Shown: positions 1-9,794, counted from the stretch's first letter. The stretch: DNA of 64,000 nt from an uncultured Acidobacteriaceae bacterium (GCA_963838295.1 CAWIQS010000002.1:19156-83155); one strand, 5' to 3'. Numbers and translations: made by a program. Notes: generated by a model not told the origin, from the letters alone.

Positions 1-3000
1 TCTGGAAACACGTCCATCAAGTTTCCGGGGCTCTCCGCATCCAGTGGTCATAACTGTCTGCAGATTGATTCTTCGGGATTCATCACCAACACGGGGTCCG
101 CCTGCAGCGCGGGCGGCAGCGGCACAGTCAACAGCGGTTCAACGGGCCAGATCGCCTATTACAACGGCAATGGGGCCGCTGTGAGCGGTATGAGCACCAT
201 CCCGGTTTCGTCGGGCGGAACAGGAGCATCCACGGCAAGCGGCGCGCTCGCGGCGATGGGTGGCGTGTCGATGTCGACAACCGCCGTGCAGACTCTCGCT
301 GGCCCTCTCAACGCATCGGTCAATGGCCAGATGAATGTGATGGCCTTCGGCGCGAAGGGCGACTGCTCGACCGACGACCACAACGCAATCATGGCCGCGC
401 AGACAGCAGCGATTTCCTATGCAGTCAATAACTCGCTTCCGGCTGCAATCTCTTTTCCCAAGCCACCTGGCGGCTGCTATCTGACCTCAACGATTCAGTG
501 GCAAGGTGTCTCGCTTGTCGGCCAGCCCGGAGGAAATGGCGTCAATGCGCCGCATCAGTACAACGTGACCCTCAAGGGTATGCCGGGGCAGGACATGCTG
601 CATGGGGCTGATCCGGTCACCACGAATCCAAACTACAACAGTTCATGGTCGATCAAGGACATCTCGTTTCTGGTTGACAATTCTTCGACTGGAAACTTCC
701 CACATCGCTGGCCGGGTCGCTGGTTTGATGATGGAGCCATGTCAGGGCCGGTTCCGCTTACCTTCACTAATGGCTCGGCAGTTATTACAGGCACTAACAG
801 TTATGTCGTCGGACAGCCTGTTCAGTTAACCACCACCGGATCGCTGCCAACAAACTTCTCCACAGGGACGAACTACTATGTATCAGCAACCGGCCTTTCG
901 AGTAGCCAGTTTGAACTAACCACGAATGGCCTCGGTGGAACTCCTATCGTGGCAGGAAGCGCAGGAACTGGAACGCAGACAGCAGTAACCTACACGTTCA
1001 CCTCATCTAATGCGGACATCGGATGCAGCGACGTAGGGCAACAGATTCTCATTGGCGGCGCGGGCGCTACGGTGACCACAACTACGCTTGCGGCAGCCAT
1101 CACGACCACCACGGCCACCTCTCTACAGATCAGCGGCACCACCTCGGGGTCATGGCCGACGATCTTCGGCTATCTCAAAATAGATTCCGAGATCGTGATG
1201 TATGTCGGGACACAGGCGAACGGAATCTCGACATTGACCGTCTATCGCGGACAGGCGGGAACCACCGCAGCCACACACTTAAACGGCGCGACCGTGACGG
1301 TGATGGGCAACCTTGCGACGACGATCGCAAGCGTGAGTCCCTGCTGGGCAATCGGAAGCGATACGGGAGCCTGGAAGACAGTAACGCTGGCTGCAGCCGC
1401 CACGACAACCATAGCCTCGGCACACAGTTATATTTCCCTGCTCAATCTCCCGGTTGCAACCAATATCGGGAATTGCGCAATCGCCCTCGACAACATGGAC
1501 GCGCTTTCGTCGGACTGGACCTTCCCGAGCGCGAATACCGGAACTTTCTATTCGCACATCGATGATGCGACCTTCAACACCACGAGTGGAGCTACGCCGG
1601 GGAACAGTTGCGCGATGTTCAGCCAGGGCGCCTGGATTTGGTATGGCATCACGGTTGACCACGCCAGTTTCTATAGCGACATGTTTTCCATCGTCCAGGG
1701 GACTTCGGAATTGCATTCGTTTAATGGCGGATTCGGGGATTTCATGGACTGGAATCACCTCGTGTTCACGACCGTCTATTATCCCGCGATCTTTTACAAC
1801 GGCGGCGAAAACAAGTTCAAGAATATAGAAATCACAGCTTTTGCGGGTCCTCAATTCCTGTCTCTAGCTAATACTTACGCTGACGTTTCCGGATGGGACA
1901 TCGAGATCCAGGAGATGGAAACATGGTCTAAGCCTGCTGATACACCTTTTGGCCTGCGTGTCACTGGAAATGGAAGTAGAGTTACAGGATCCATGAGTCT
2001 CTCGGCTGACTCAGGAAATACAGCTTATATTGACGGGGTTGGTGTGGCCTGTCCTCTCGGATGTTTTGCGGATGCGGGAGGCGTGAACCTTTACGGATTC
2101 GGAAACAGCGTCCAGACGTCGATCGGGACTCCAGTTAATGACTTGGGAAAAGGCAACTCCATAACCAGCTACTACAATGCCAGTTTTCCCGGCAGCCTAC
2201 CGGCACCGCGCCCAACAGTCCTGACACCACAAAAAGGGCAGCCCGGACTAATGGGTGGGCTTGAACCGGACTTCGCGGCTGATGGGTACCCGGCTACACC
2301 CTACAGGCACGAAGATCTCTTCCTGTGGCCGAGCGAAATCTTTGTGGGAACTGCTGGGACTAATCCGTGGTCCAGTGTCCATCAGTATGACGTGAACTCG
2401 GCTACCGGCGAAGAAGTCTTCATCGGCGCTGGCGGAAACTACGCCGCATTCTGGCCATTCGAATACTCCAATCACGCCCATCCCGGCGCTCTCACAATCG
2501 GAACCAACTTCCCGGCAGCAAAGGGAACTGCCTACTTCTCGTTGCTGTGCCCAACCGCGACGACGACGAAACCGATGATCTCTACCACGGGGGGGACCAA
2601 TTACCCGTTGGTGGTTACATGCTCCACTTCACTGCAAACCTATGCAATCCCATTCGACTTCACGGGCGCAACAGGAAATGTCCAGATCGGAAACAACAGC
2701 ATTGTCCCCGGTCAGGATTTCTGGCTGGCATGGGCGTATATCGACATTGCCCCGCAATTGCCAGCGGGCACGACGATCGGCGGTGCCGCCCCTGCAACCC
2801 AGTTAGGCCCGACCAGCGGAACCACGAGCGGCGATCTTCCATGCTTCACGAACACAGCAGGCTCATTTGCGGATTGCAGTACGCTAACCGCATTCAATCT
2901 GACCGGATCATCCTCGGCGCATCTGATAGTCAAGGGACCATCTTCACATGCGTATATAACCCTCCAGCCGATCACGAATACTGCTGTGGGAGTGATCGAA

Positions 3001-3477
3001 TATTCGCCCGGAGGTACGGGCGCTTGGCGCGTTGGGCTAACCGGTGACAGCACGAATAACTACGAAATCAGCGACTCGGTTGGCGGCAAGAAGATTGTCA
3101 GTCTTCCGAACAACACGATGCCGGCGGGGTCCATCGGCGGCAACGCGAACGGGGCCACGGCGATAACTCAAGCTGCATCGGATAACTCAACCAACATCGC
3201 AACGGACGCGTTTGTAAAATCCAACCTCCCGCTTTCCGGAACCACGGGAAGCATCGGAGGCTCGGCCCTTGCGCTCGGCGCTTGCACCAGCGGAACCGTG
3301 AACATAACAGGAGCAACCACCAGCATGGCGGTGGTTGCCACTCCGGCGACGTATCCGGGAGACGGGATGGTGTGGCGTCCCTACGTGTCTTCGTCAGGCG
3401 TTGTCACTGTGAAGGTCTGCGCCGGCGTGGCGGGAACACCAACAGCCAGCGCATATAACGTGCGGGTCATCCAATAA
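1..3477 (+). CDS. Large tailspike/depolymerase-like protein (pectate-lyase-3-like beta-helix), 5'-truncated by the window edge
   Basis: Frame is open from base 1 (SGNTSIKFPGLS...) into ORF 181..3477. Contains NVMAFGAKGDCSTDDHNAIMAA, the typical start of beta-helix tailspikes/glycoside hydrolases; Gly/Thr/Ser-rich; adjacent to terminase. Confidence 0.65.
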   Translation, partial: SGNTSIKFPGLSASSGHNCLQIDSSGFITNTGSACSAGGSGTVNSGSTGQIAYYNGNGAAVSGMSTIPVSSGGTGASTASGALAAMGGVSMSTTAVQTLAGPLNASVNGQMNVMAFGAKGDCSTDDHNAIMAAQTAAISYAVNNSLPAAISFPKPPGGCYLTSTIQWQGVSLVGQPGGNGVNAPHQYNVTLKGMPGQDMLHGADPVTTNPNYNSSWSIKDISFLVDNSSTGNFPHRWPGRWFDDGAMSGPVPLTFTNGSAVITGTNSYVVGQPVQLTTTGSLPTNFSTGTNYYVSATGLSSSQFELTTNGLGGTPIVAGSAGTGTQTAVTYTFTSSNADIGCSDVGQQILIGGAGATVTTTTLAAAITTTTATSLQISGTTSGSWPTIFGYLKIDSEIVMYVGTQANGISTLTVYRGQAGTTAATHLNGATVTVMGNLATTIASVSPCWAIGSDTGAWKTVTLAAAATTTIASAHSYISLLNLPVATNIGNCAIALDNMDALSSDWTFPSANTGTFYSHIDDATFNTTSGATPGNSCAMFSQGAWIWYGITVDHASFYSDMFSIVQGTSELHSFNGGFGDFMDWNHLVFTTVYYPAIFYNGGENKFKNIEITAFAGPQFLSLANTYADVSGWDIEIQEMETWSKPADTPFGLRVTGNGSRVTGSMSLSADSGNTAYIDGVGVACPLGCFADAGGVNLYGFGNSVQTSIGTPVNDLGKGNSITSYYNASFPGSLPAPRPTVLTPQKGQPGLMGGLEPDFAADGYPATPYRHEDLFLWPSEIFVGTAGTNPWSSVHQYDVNSATGEEVFIGAGGNYAAFWPFEYSNHAHPGALTIGTNFPAAKGTAYFSLLCPTATTTKPMISTTGGTNYPLVVTCSTSLQTYAIPFDFTGATGNVQIGNNSIVPGQDFWLAWAYIDIAPQLPAGTTIGGAAPATQLGPTSGTTSGDLPCFTNTAGSFADCSTLTAFNLTGSSSAHLIVKGPSSHAYITLQPITNTAVGVIEYSPGGTGAWRVGLTGDSTNNYEISDSVGGKKIVSLPNNTMPAGSIGGNANGATAITQAASDNSTNIATDAFVKSNLPLSGTTGSIGGSALALGACTSGTVNITGATTSMAVVATPATYPGDGMVWRPYVSSSGVVTVKVCAGVAGTPTASAYNVRVIQ

Positions 3478-3728
3478 GACCCGTGCCTTCTTGAGACTGC
3501 ATTGTTCGTTGAAGAAACCGGCTGCGTCAGAACCTGGACCTCTGTTCTCGTTCTGAAGCAGCCGGTGTAGATCGCGACTGCCGGGCATCACCGCGTCACA
3601 GATGCGCGGAGATCGCGACTTCGAAATCGTCTCGTTGCGCGTTTCAGTCGCAATCGAATTGCGATGCACCGATCAAGCTATCTCGCCTTCTGAGACTCAA
3701 AAGAAACGATCAATAAAGAGGAAACGGC

Positions 3729-5252
3729 TTGGAGAACTTTGAAGATATTGTGTTCGAACCCTCTTCGCTGGACGCCGCAGAACTGCTTAACTTTGGAAAA
3801 ATTCTTGACCGTCGGCCTGACCAGTTGCACGGACACAATATTGTGACCGAACTTGCCCGGCAATTGCTGCGCGTACGAACCCGTTCTGGATTGACCTCGC
3901 CCCTGTGCGCCAATACCGTGCAGCAGGCGTTCGAAATGCAGCACGGAGCACGCAACATCGTACTCAAGGCGCGCCAGGTGGGGCTGACGACCTGGGCTGC
4001 CGCTCGATTCTTTCTCAAGACCATCACGCAGCCGGGAACGCTGACCTTGCAAGTGGCGCATACCCAGGAGTCAGCTGAAGAAATTTTCCGCATCGTGCAT
4101 CGCTTTCTCGACTACCTTCCCGATCATTTGCGCAAGGGGTGCCTGCGAACGTCGCGCGCCAATGTGCGGCAAATTGTCTTTCCAGAATTTGATTCCCAGT
4201 ACCGCGTGGTTTCCGCCGGCGAACGAAACGCCGGCCGCGGCATGACGGTGCAGAACCTTCACTGTTCCGAATTGGCGCGCTGGCCCGGCGATCCCGCCGA
4301 GATACTTGCAGGGTTGCGCGCCGCTCTCGCGCCGGATGGCGAAGAGATCCTGGAGTCAACGCCGAATGGTATCGGTGGATGCTTTTATGAGCAGTGGCAG
4401 ACCGCGCCAGAGACAGGAACCGTGCGCCATTTCTTCCCCTGGTGGATGGAACGGCGCTATCGTACCAAGGCCGTCGAAGAGAATTCCCTCACGGATGAAG
4501 AACGAATGCTCATGGCACATCATAGTCTCAGCCTTGCGCAGATCGGGTTTCGACGGAAGACGCAAACCAACTTTCGTGCAATGGCCCGGCAGGAATTCGC
4601 CGAAGATCCCGAGGGCTGCTTTCGCGCCAGCGGCGAATCCATCTTTGAATTGGCAGTGATCGAGCAGAGGCTTGCGTCGGCGCCCGCGCCGCTTGAGCTG
4701 CGCCGCAATGGAGAGTTCGAGATATGGCTTCCTTCCTTGCCTGGTAAGCAATACCTGGTTGCGGTGGACCCGGCGGGCGGTGGAAGCGACGGCGACTACT
4801 CCGCAATCGAAGTGCTGGAGATGGGGACCGGCCTCCAATGTGCCGAGTTTGCCGGTCATGTCGGCGGACTCGAACTGGCACAACTGGTGGCCAGCATCGC
4901 CGCCGAGTACAACAATGCGTGGGTCGTTGTGGAGCGCAACAATCACGGTCACGGCGTGCTTGCGCTCATTGAGAATGTCTGCCACTGCGTGCGGGTCTTC
5001 CAGCAGTCGGGCCAGTCGGGTTGGCCCACCACATCCGTGAGCCGGCCGGCAGCGATTGGGCAAATGAACGCGGGACTCATCGAGCAGCCGGATCACTTCA
5101 TGAGCAGACGACTCCTTGCGGAGTGCCGAAGCTTCGTCCGTCAACCGGATGGAAGCATGGGTGCACGCGCAGGCACGCACGATGACCGCGTAATGGCCAT
5201 GGCGATTGGCCTGGCAGCGCGCGCAGAATTGCTCGTGGCGCGAACCCCATAG
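3729..5252 (+). CDS. terL: Phage terminase large subunit (Terminase_6-like ATPase plus RNase H-like nuclease)
   Basis: Walker A-like LKARQVGLTT, Walker B-like LHCSE, nuclease motifs VAVDPAGG, VERNNHG, HDDRVMA; TTG start after GAGG. Confidence 0.9.
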   Translation: MENFEDIVFEPSSLDAAELLNFGKILDRRPDQLHGHNIVTELARQLLRVRTRSGLTSPLCANTVQQAFEMQHGARNIVLKARQVGLTTWAAARFFLKTITQPGTLTLQVAHTQESAEEIFRIVHRFLDYLPDHLRKGCLRTSRANVRQIVFPEFDSQYRVVSAGERNAGRGMTVQNLHCSELARWPGDPAEILAGLRAALAPDGEEILESTPNGIGGCFYEQWQTAPETGTVRHFFPWWMERRYRTKAVEENSLTDEERMLMAHHSLSLAQIGFRRKTQTNFRAMARQEFAEDPEGCFRASGESIFELAVIEQRLASAPAPLELRRNGEFEIWLPSLPGKQYLVAVDPAGGGSDGDYSAIEVLEMGTGLQCAEFAGHVGGLELAQLVASIAAEYNNAWVVVERNNHGHGVLALIENVCHCVRVFQQSGQSGWPTTSVSRPAAIGQMNAGLIEQPDHFMSRRLLAECRSFVRQPDGSMGARAGTHDDRVMAMAIGLAARAELLVARTP

Positions 5253-5364
5253 CGTGCCGTCAGTTGTCGAATCAACTGAGAGCTGACGGCCGAGAGCGAC
5301 AACTTGCACAGGGGTTTGCGAATTACAATCAGACTTGACTCCAACAGCAGGCAGGTAAACAGGC

Positions 5365-6237
5365 TTGGCAGTTCTGGCGGTGCAGCATATCCGACGCATG
5401 CGGGGTGGCGCACAGGGCCAGTTGATGCTGGGGGCGGACGGTCACGCGTACGTCGTCAAGTTCCAGAACAACCCTCAGCACATGCGCGTGCTGGCGAACG
5501 AATATCTCGCCTCCAAGCTTGCCACGGCGATGGGCCTCACAGCTCCGGTAGTTGAGTTGGTCGATGTCTCGCCCTGGATCATCGACAACACACCCGAATT
5601 GGAGATGGATCTCGGCCGCACCCGCCAGCGCTGCCAACCCGGACTGCAATTCGGGTCGCGCTTTGTCGGCGGCTTGATGCCCGGCCAGGTGGTCGACTAC
5701 CTGCCCGAGGAGCATTTAATTGCGGTAAAGAATCTGGGCGAGTTTGCCGGCATTCTTGCCCTTGATAAGTGGACCGGCAATGCCAACGGACGCCAGGCTG
5801 TGTTCACGCGTAAGGCCCGCGAACGCCGCTACCGCGCTGTATTCATCGATTTCGGGTACTGCTTCTTTGCCGGCGAATGGAAGTTTGAGGATGCGCCGTT
5901 GCGCGGCGTTTACTACCGCAACGACGTCTATCGCGAAATCACTGGATGGGGATCGTTTGAGCCCTGGCTCTCACGACTTGAAACCATGCCGGCCGAAACA
6001 GTCTGGGGCGCGGCGAATGAAGTGCCGCCCGAGTGGTACGGCGGCGATCTGTCAGAAATGGAAGCGCTGGTTGAGAAGTTGCTGGCGCGACGCAGCCGTA
6101 TTCGGGAGTTCATTGAGGCATTCCGGAATTCGGATCGCAAGCCCTTTCCCAATTGGGGCAATATGACCAACGAATCTTCCAGCGGGACATGGATTCCGGA
6201 CCGCTGGGGGTCTACTATCGTCGGCAGGATCATGTAG
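5365..6237 (+). CDS. HipA-like Ser/Thr kinase (HipA_2 type)
   Basis: Gly-rich loop MRGGAQGQL, YVVKF lysine, NEYLASKLA helix, catalytic-loop region DKWTGNANGRQ, IDFGYCF. Confidence 0.75.
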   Translation: MAVLAVQHIRRMRGGAQGQLMLGADGHAYVVKFQNNPQHMRVLANEYLASKLATAMGLTAPVVELVDVSPWIIDNTPELEMDLGRTRQRCQPGLQFGSRFVGGLMPGQVVDYLPEEHLIAVKNLGEFAGILALDKWTGNANGRQAVFTRKARERRYRAVFIDFGYCFFAGEWKFEDAPLRGVYYRNDVYREITGWGSFEPWLSRLETMPAETVWGAANEVPPEWYGGDLSEMEALVEKLLARRSRIREFIEAFRNSDRKPFPNWGNMTNESSSGTWIPDRWGSTIVGRIM

Positions 6238-6275
6238 GCAATGCCTGGCGCCGATGAACGAGGAAACGTGCAGCT

Positions 6276-7121
6276 ATGACGACCGACCATCAGCGACTCA
6301 ATTGTGAGTTTCAATTGTTGCGCTACGCGCCCGATCCGCTGCGCAACGAGTTCGTGCACGTGGGCGTGCTTCTGCGCGAGCAGGGCGCGCAAACGGATCC
6401 GCCCGCCATGGAACTGCGCTTTACGCGCGACTGGCGACGCGTACGCTGTCTCGATCCCGACGCCGACACCTCGGTGCTGGAAGGCATGGAAACCGAACTG
6501 CGCCAACGGCTCCGTCATGACCCCGACGGCAAGATGATGCGTATCCTCGATGAGGCACTTTCCCTTAATGTTCAAATGACAACTCCCAAGGCGTATCTGG
6601 CAGAGAGTCTTCCCGCCGGCGTCGAAGAGTTGATGCGCTTATACGTCGATCCGCCGAAGCGCGAACGCATGCCGCGGCTCAGCGGGCGTGCCGCCATCCA
6701 GTCAGTCATGCGCGCCGAATTTGAACATGCAGGCGTGTGGGACCTGCTGCGCAAGCGCATCCCGGCTTCCGATTACACGCGGCCCGGCGACCCCCTGCGC
6801 CTCGATGCCGGGTACAGGCCAAACGGGTTGATCCGCATGTTTCATGCCGTCAGCCTCGAGCCGGGCCTCGACCTTGCCAAGGTGCTTGCCTACTCCGCGG
6901 CGGGCCTGCGCACAGGTGTGAAATACAAGGAGAAAGCCGATCTTGAGTTGACGGCAATTATCGAGCCTGCCGCCAAACTCGGCGCCACTGACGACGATCC
7001 AGACCGCCTGGCGATGTACCGGTTTGGCGTCGAAACGATGGAAGAAAACCAGATTCGCGTACTGACCACTACTGATATGAGCCGCGTGGCTGAAACTGCC
7101 CGCCGCGAGCTGCACGTTTGA
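6276..7121 (+). CDS. DUF3037-like protein, partner of the HipA-like kinase
   Basis: N-terminal FQLLRYAPDPLRNEFVHVGVLL matches my recollection of the DUF3037 signature; directly downstream of the kinase. Confidence 0.7.
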   Translation: MTTDHQRLNCEFQLLRYAPDPLRNEFVHVGVLLREQGAQTDPPAMELRFTRDWRRVRCLDPDADTSVLEGMETELRQRLRHDPDGKMMRILDEALSLNVQMTTPKAYLAESLPAGVEELMRLYVDPPKRERMPRLSGRAAIQSVMRAEFEHAGVWDLLRKRIPASDYTRPGDPLRLDAGYRPNGLIRMFHAVSLEPGLDLAKVLAYSAAGLRTGVKYKEKADLELTAIIEPAAKLGATDDDPDRLAMYRFGVETMEENQIRVLTTTDMSRVAETARRELHV

Positions 7122-7155
7122 AACTGTCAAGAGCGTGCAGCCACAGGATCAAGGC

Positions 7156-7173
7156 CACTAAGTCGACTTAGTG
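7156..7173. promoter_or_regulatory. Perfect 18-bp palindrome, candidate operator upstream of the head operon
   Basis: CACTAAGTCGACTTAGTG is self-complementary; a partial repeat ACGACTTAGT follows at 7185-7194 in an AT-rich intergenic region. Confidence 0.5.
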
Positions 7174-7350
7174 TATGTTATGCAACGACTTAGTTACTTG
7201 AAAAATATATTTTGAAACTTTGCAGGTAATTATGCGCACATTTCGTAAGATAGATTCTGTTGAGAGCGAGAAAGATCATCTCAGCATGTAGCTCACGATT
7301 TTTGGAACAGTACGCTTCACGGATGACTGTTCACTGACAACTGATCACTG

Positions 7351-7393
7351 AAACAGAAAGGGCATGGTCCTGTAGACCATGCCCTTTCTGTTT
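7351..7393 (+). terminator. 19-bp perfect hairpin, terminator/attenuator-like, just before the portal gene
   Basis: AAACAGAAAGGGCATGGTC-CTGTA-GACCATGCCCTTTCTGTTT; the 3' arm ends in a T-rich tract. Confidence 0.65.
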
Positions 7394-7411
7394 CTAGAAG
7401 GAAGGTAACGC

Positions 7412-8686
7412 GTGAAGGTACGAGATCAACTGCGCATACTCTGGCGGCAGGCTACAGGCAGCGACCGTGTCGCCGTCGACGCGGCGGATGCCAACGCGGA
7501 ACGCAAGACTCTGGCACTGCCGTCGATTCTGAGCCCGGTGCAGTTTCCGGGGCAGTCCTTGCCAAAACCGACCCCCGTTAATCTGCGAAGGTTTGCCGAG
7601 ACTCCCGTGGTACGGCGCGCCATCAACGTCATCAAGGACCGGGTCGCGGCAATGGACTGGCAGGTACGGGTGCGGCGCGGATACGCTGCCGGCGAGGGTT
7701 GCGCTCCCAAAAATGCTGAAGAAACCAGCCGTCGCCTCCTTGTATTGCGACGCACTCTCGAAGAGCCCAATGCCGTCGACAGTTTTCGCACTTTGATCGA
7801 GCAAGTGATCGAGGACGCGTTGACCGGCGGCTATGGCGCGATCGAAATGGAGCCGACCGGCGATCCCGAGAGGCCCGCGATGCTGTGGCCGGTCGACGGA
7901 GCTTCGATCCGCATCAATCCGCGATGGGATGGCCAGCCCGACTCTCCGCGCTACGCGCAGGTTGCTCCCGGTCAGCTGGAATCAAGCGGTGTGGAACTTC
8001 GCGACAACCAGCTGATCTATGTGCGCATGAACCCGCGCAGTTTTACGCCCTTCGGACTCGGGCCGCTCGAGGTTGCATTCGAATCCGTCAATCAGTTTCT
8101 CAGCGCGCATCGTTTTGCCGGCAAGCTGGCGGCAAACTCGGTTGCGCAGTATGCACTCTGGCTCAATGAAGCAACCCCGTCGCAGCACGACCGGCTGATC
8201 CGCTGGTGGCAGGATGAGATCGAAGGGACGGGCCGCGTTCCGCTGATCTCGACAGAGCAGAAGCCGGAAGTCCTGCGTTTCGCCCAGGGCACTGACGCCG
8301 ATCTACGGATTGCATGGCAGGAGTTTCTCATTCGCATGATTGCCAACGCATTTGGCCTGCCGCCGTTGCTGCTCGGCCTTGAGAGCGATGTCAACCGTTC
8401 CACCGCCGCCGAACTGGCGGACGAAGCATTCCGCGGTGCGATTCTGCCGCTCGCACAATTGGTCGCAGGACACTTGACGCGCGATCTTTTTGGGAAATGC
8501 ATCGGCTGGCGAGAGTGCGAATTTGTCTTCAACGATCTCAATGCGCGCGACGAATCGACGGAACTTGCGGTCCAGGTTCAGCTCCTGCAGGCTGGGGTGT
8601 TGACCGTGGATGAAGTGCGCGCCATGCGGGGGCTGGCTCCACTCACGCCATCACCGATATCCGTCTCTCCTGAAATGAATCACTAA
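7412..8686 (+). CDS. Phage portal protein
   Basis: 424 aa; ETPVVRRAINVIKDRVA, LWPVDGASIR, FGLGPLE, IANAFGLPPLLLG, LTVDEVRAMRGL are HK97-type portal motifs. Confidence 0.9.
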   Translation: MKVRDQLRILWRQATGSDRVAVDAADANAERKTLALPSILSPVQFPGQSLPKPTPVNLRRFAETPVVRRAINVIKDRVAAMDWQVRVRRGYAAGEGCAPKNAEETSRRLLVLRRTLEEPNAVDSFRTLIEQVIEDALTGGYGAIEMEPTGDPERPAMLWPVDGASIRINPRWDGQPDSPRYAQVAPGQLESSGVELRDNQLIYVRMNPRSFTPFGLGPLEVAFESVNQFLSAHRFAGKLAANSVAQYALWLNEATPSQHDRLIRWWQDEIEGTGRVPLISTEQKPEVLRFAQGTDADLRIAWQEFLIRMIANAFGLPPLLLGLESDVNRSTAAELADEAFRGAILPLAQLVAGHLTRDLFGKCIGWRECEFVFNDLNARDESTELAVQVQLLQAGVLTVDEVRAMRGLAPLTPSPISVSPEMNH

Positions 8687-8758
8687 GCGGACATGGACAA
8701 TTCGGCCGCTTCGCCTCAACAGCGGTGCGGCCATTTTTCCGAGACAGGCGAAAACATT

Positions 8759-9259
8759 ATGCGATTAGAAGCAATGGCGGTAACGATTCCGCACGTCGAA
8801 GGGCATCCCAACCGGGTGCCGTTCGAAGGCGTGCTGACCGTAGTGAACTCAGCCAGCGATAAGCCGCCGGCCGGCGCGCGCGGTCATCGGGTGATGCTGA
8901 CACGAGAAGCCGCCGAAAAGGCTCTTCCCTCGCTGCTGGGCATGGCGGTGGATTATCGGCCGGGATGGGATGGGCACGACGCGCGCTGCAAGGTCGGTCT
9001 GCTTACTGAAGCCAGCCTTGCGGGCAATCGACTCGTTGTGCGCGGCTACATCTATGCGCGTGACTTTCCTGAAGTCTCCAGGACCATCGCGGTCCACGCG
9101 CCGGAATCGATGGGTATGAGTTATGAGTTAGCCGATGCGCGCGTGGAAGATATGCGTGCCGAGGTTTGGAAGTTGACGCGAGTCACGTTTACGGGCGCTG
9201 CCATTCTACTGCGGGAAAAGGCTGCGTATCGCGCAACCAGCTTCCGCATGGCGAGCTAA
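8759..9259 (+). CDS. Putative prohead maturation protease (HK97/S78-like)
   Basis: Position between portal and scaffold; GHDARCKVG (His) and GMSYE (Ser) resemble the HK97-type protease motifs. Start chosen at ATG 8759. Confidence 0.55.
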   Translation: MRLEAMAVTIPHVEGHPNRVPFEGVLTVVNSASDKPPAGARGHRVMLTREAAEKALPSLLGMAVDYRPGWDGHDARCKVGLLTEASLAGNRLVVRGYIYARDFPEVSRTIAVHAPESMGMSYELADARVEDMRAEVWKLTRVTFTGAAILLREKAAYRATSFRMAS

Positions 9260-9269
9260 CAAAACACAG

Positions 9270-9367
9270 TCGACAGTGAACAGTGAACAGTGAACAGTGG
9301 ATCGTCCCGCCATTCGGCAACGAGCTATACGGTCGCCCCACTGCACACTGTGCACTGTTCACTGTCA
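9270..9367. repeat. Heptamer-armed inverted repeat, (CAGTGAA)n ... (CACTGTT)n
   Basis: GACAGTGAACAGTGAACAGTGAACAGTGG after the protease stop and CCACTGCACACTGTGCACTGTTCACTGTCAC before the scaffold RBS. Confidence 0.85.
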
Positions 9368-9383
9368 CTTAGAAAGGAACACG

Positions 9384-9779
9384 ATGGAGAACAACGACAA
9401 CCAGATCATGGAACGAATGGAAGCGGCCACGAATCTGCTCGAAAGAACCCTTGCACTGCTGGAAGAACGCCAGCGTGCAGGCGAGGTGGAGAAGATCTCC
9501 GCAACCGTGGAGCAAACCAGGCGCGAAACGGAGTTGCAGGAGAAGCTTGCCGACGCTGAGCGCGAGATCGCGGAACTCAAGGCCGGAGCAGCGCAATCCG
9601 CGCTCAATCCGCTGCGCCGCACCATTCCCACCTCAACATCGGAGATGTTGGCCAAGCATGGCATCGCCGAAAAAGGGCCTGTTGACGTCCGCACCCTCGA
9701 TGCGGCGCTTGCCGGTCTAAGCCTCGAACAGCGCATCGCCGTCAAGAGCCAGTTGCTCCGCGCCGGCGCCATCAGCTAA
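9384..9779 (+). CDS. Putative capsid scaffolding protein (coiled coil)
   Basis: Glu/Arg-rich heptad helix, RBS AAAGGA before ATG 9384, located between protease and capsid. Confidence 0.5.
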   Translation: MENNDNQIMERMEAATNLLERTLALLEERQRAGEVEKISATVEQTRRETELQEKLADAEREIAELKAGAAQSALNPLRRTIPTSTSEMLAKHGIAEKGPVDVRTLDAALAGLSLEQRIAVKSQLLRAGAIS

Positions 9780-9794
9780 AAACCGCCAACAGAA

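Noticed and set aside
5304-5329. TTGCAC/TACAAT as a full sigma-70 promoter for the kinase
   Set aside because: Spacer is only 14 nt; only the -10-like box is mentioned.
9297-9383. N-terminal extensions in the ORF track (also 10898-11011, 12108-12161) and ORFs at 37404-37770
   Set aside because: They translate heptamer repeats (HCSL/TVDSGQ patterns); better starts with RBS lie downstream.
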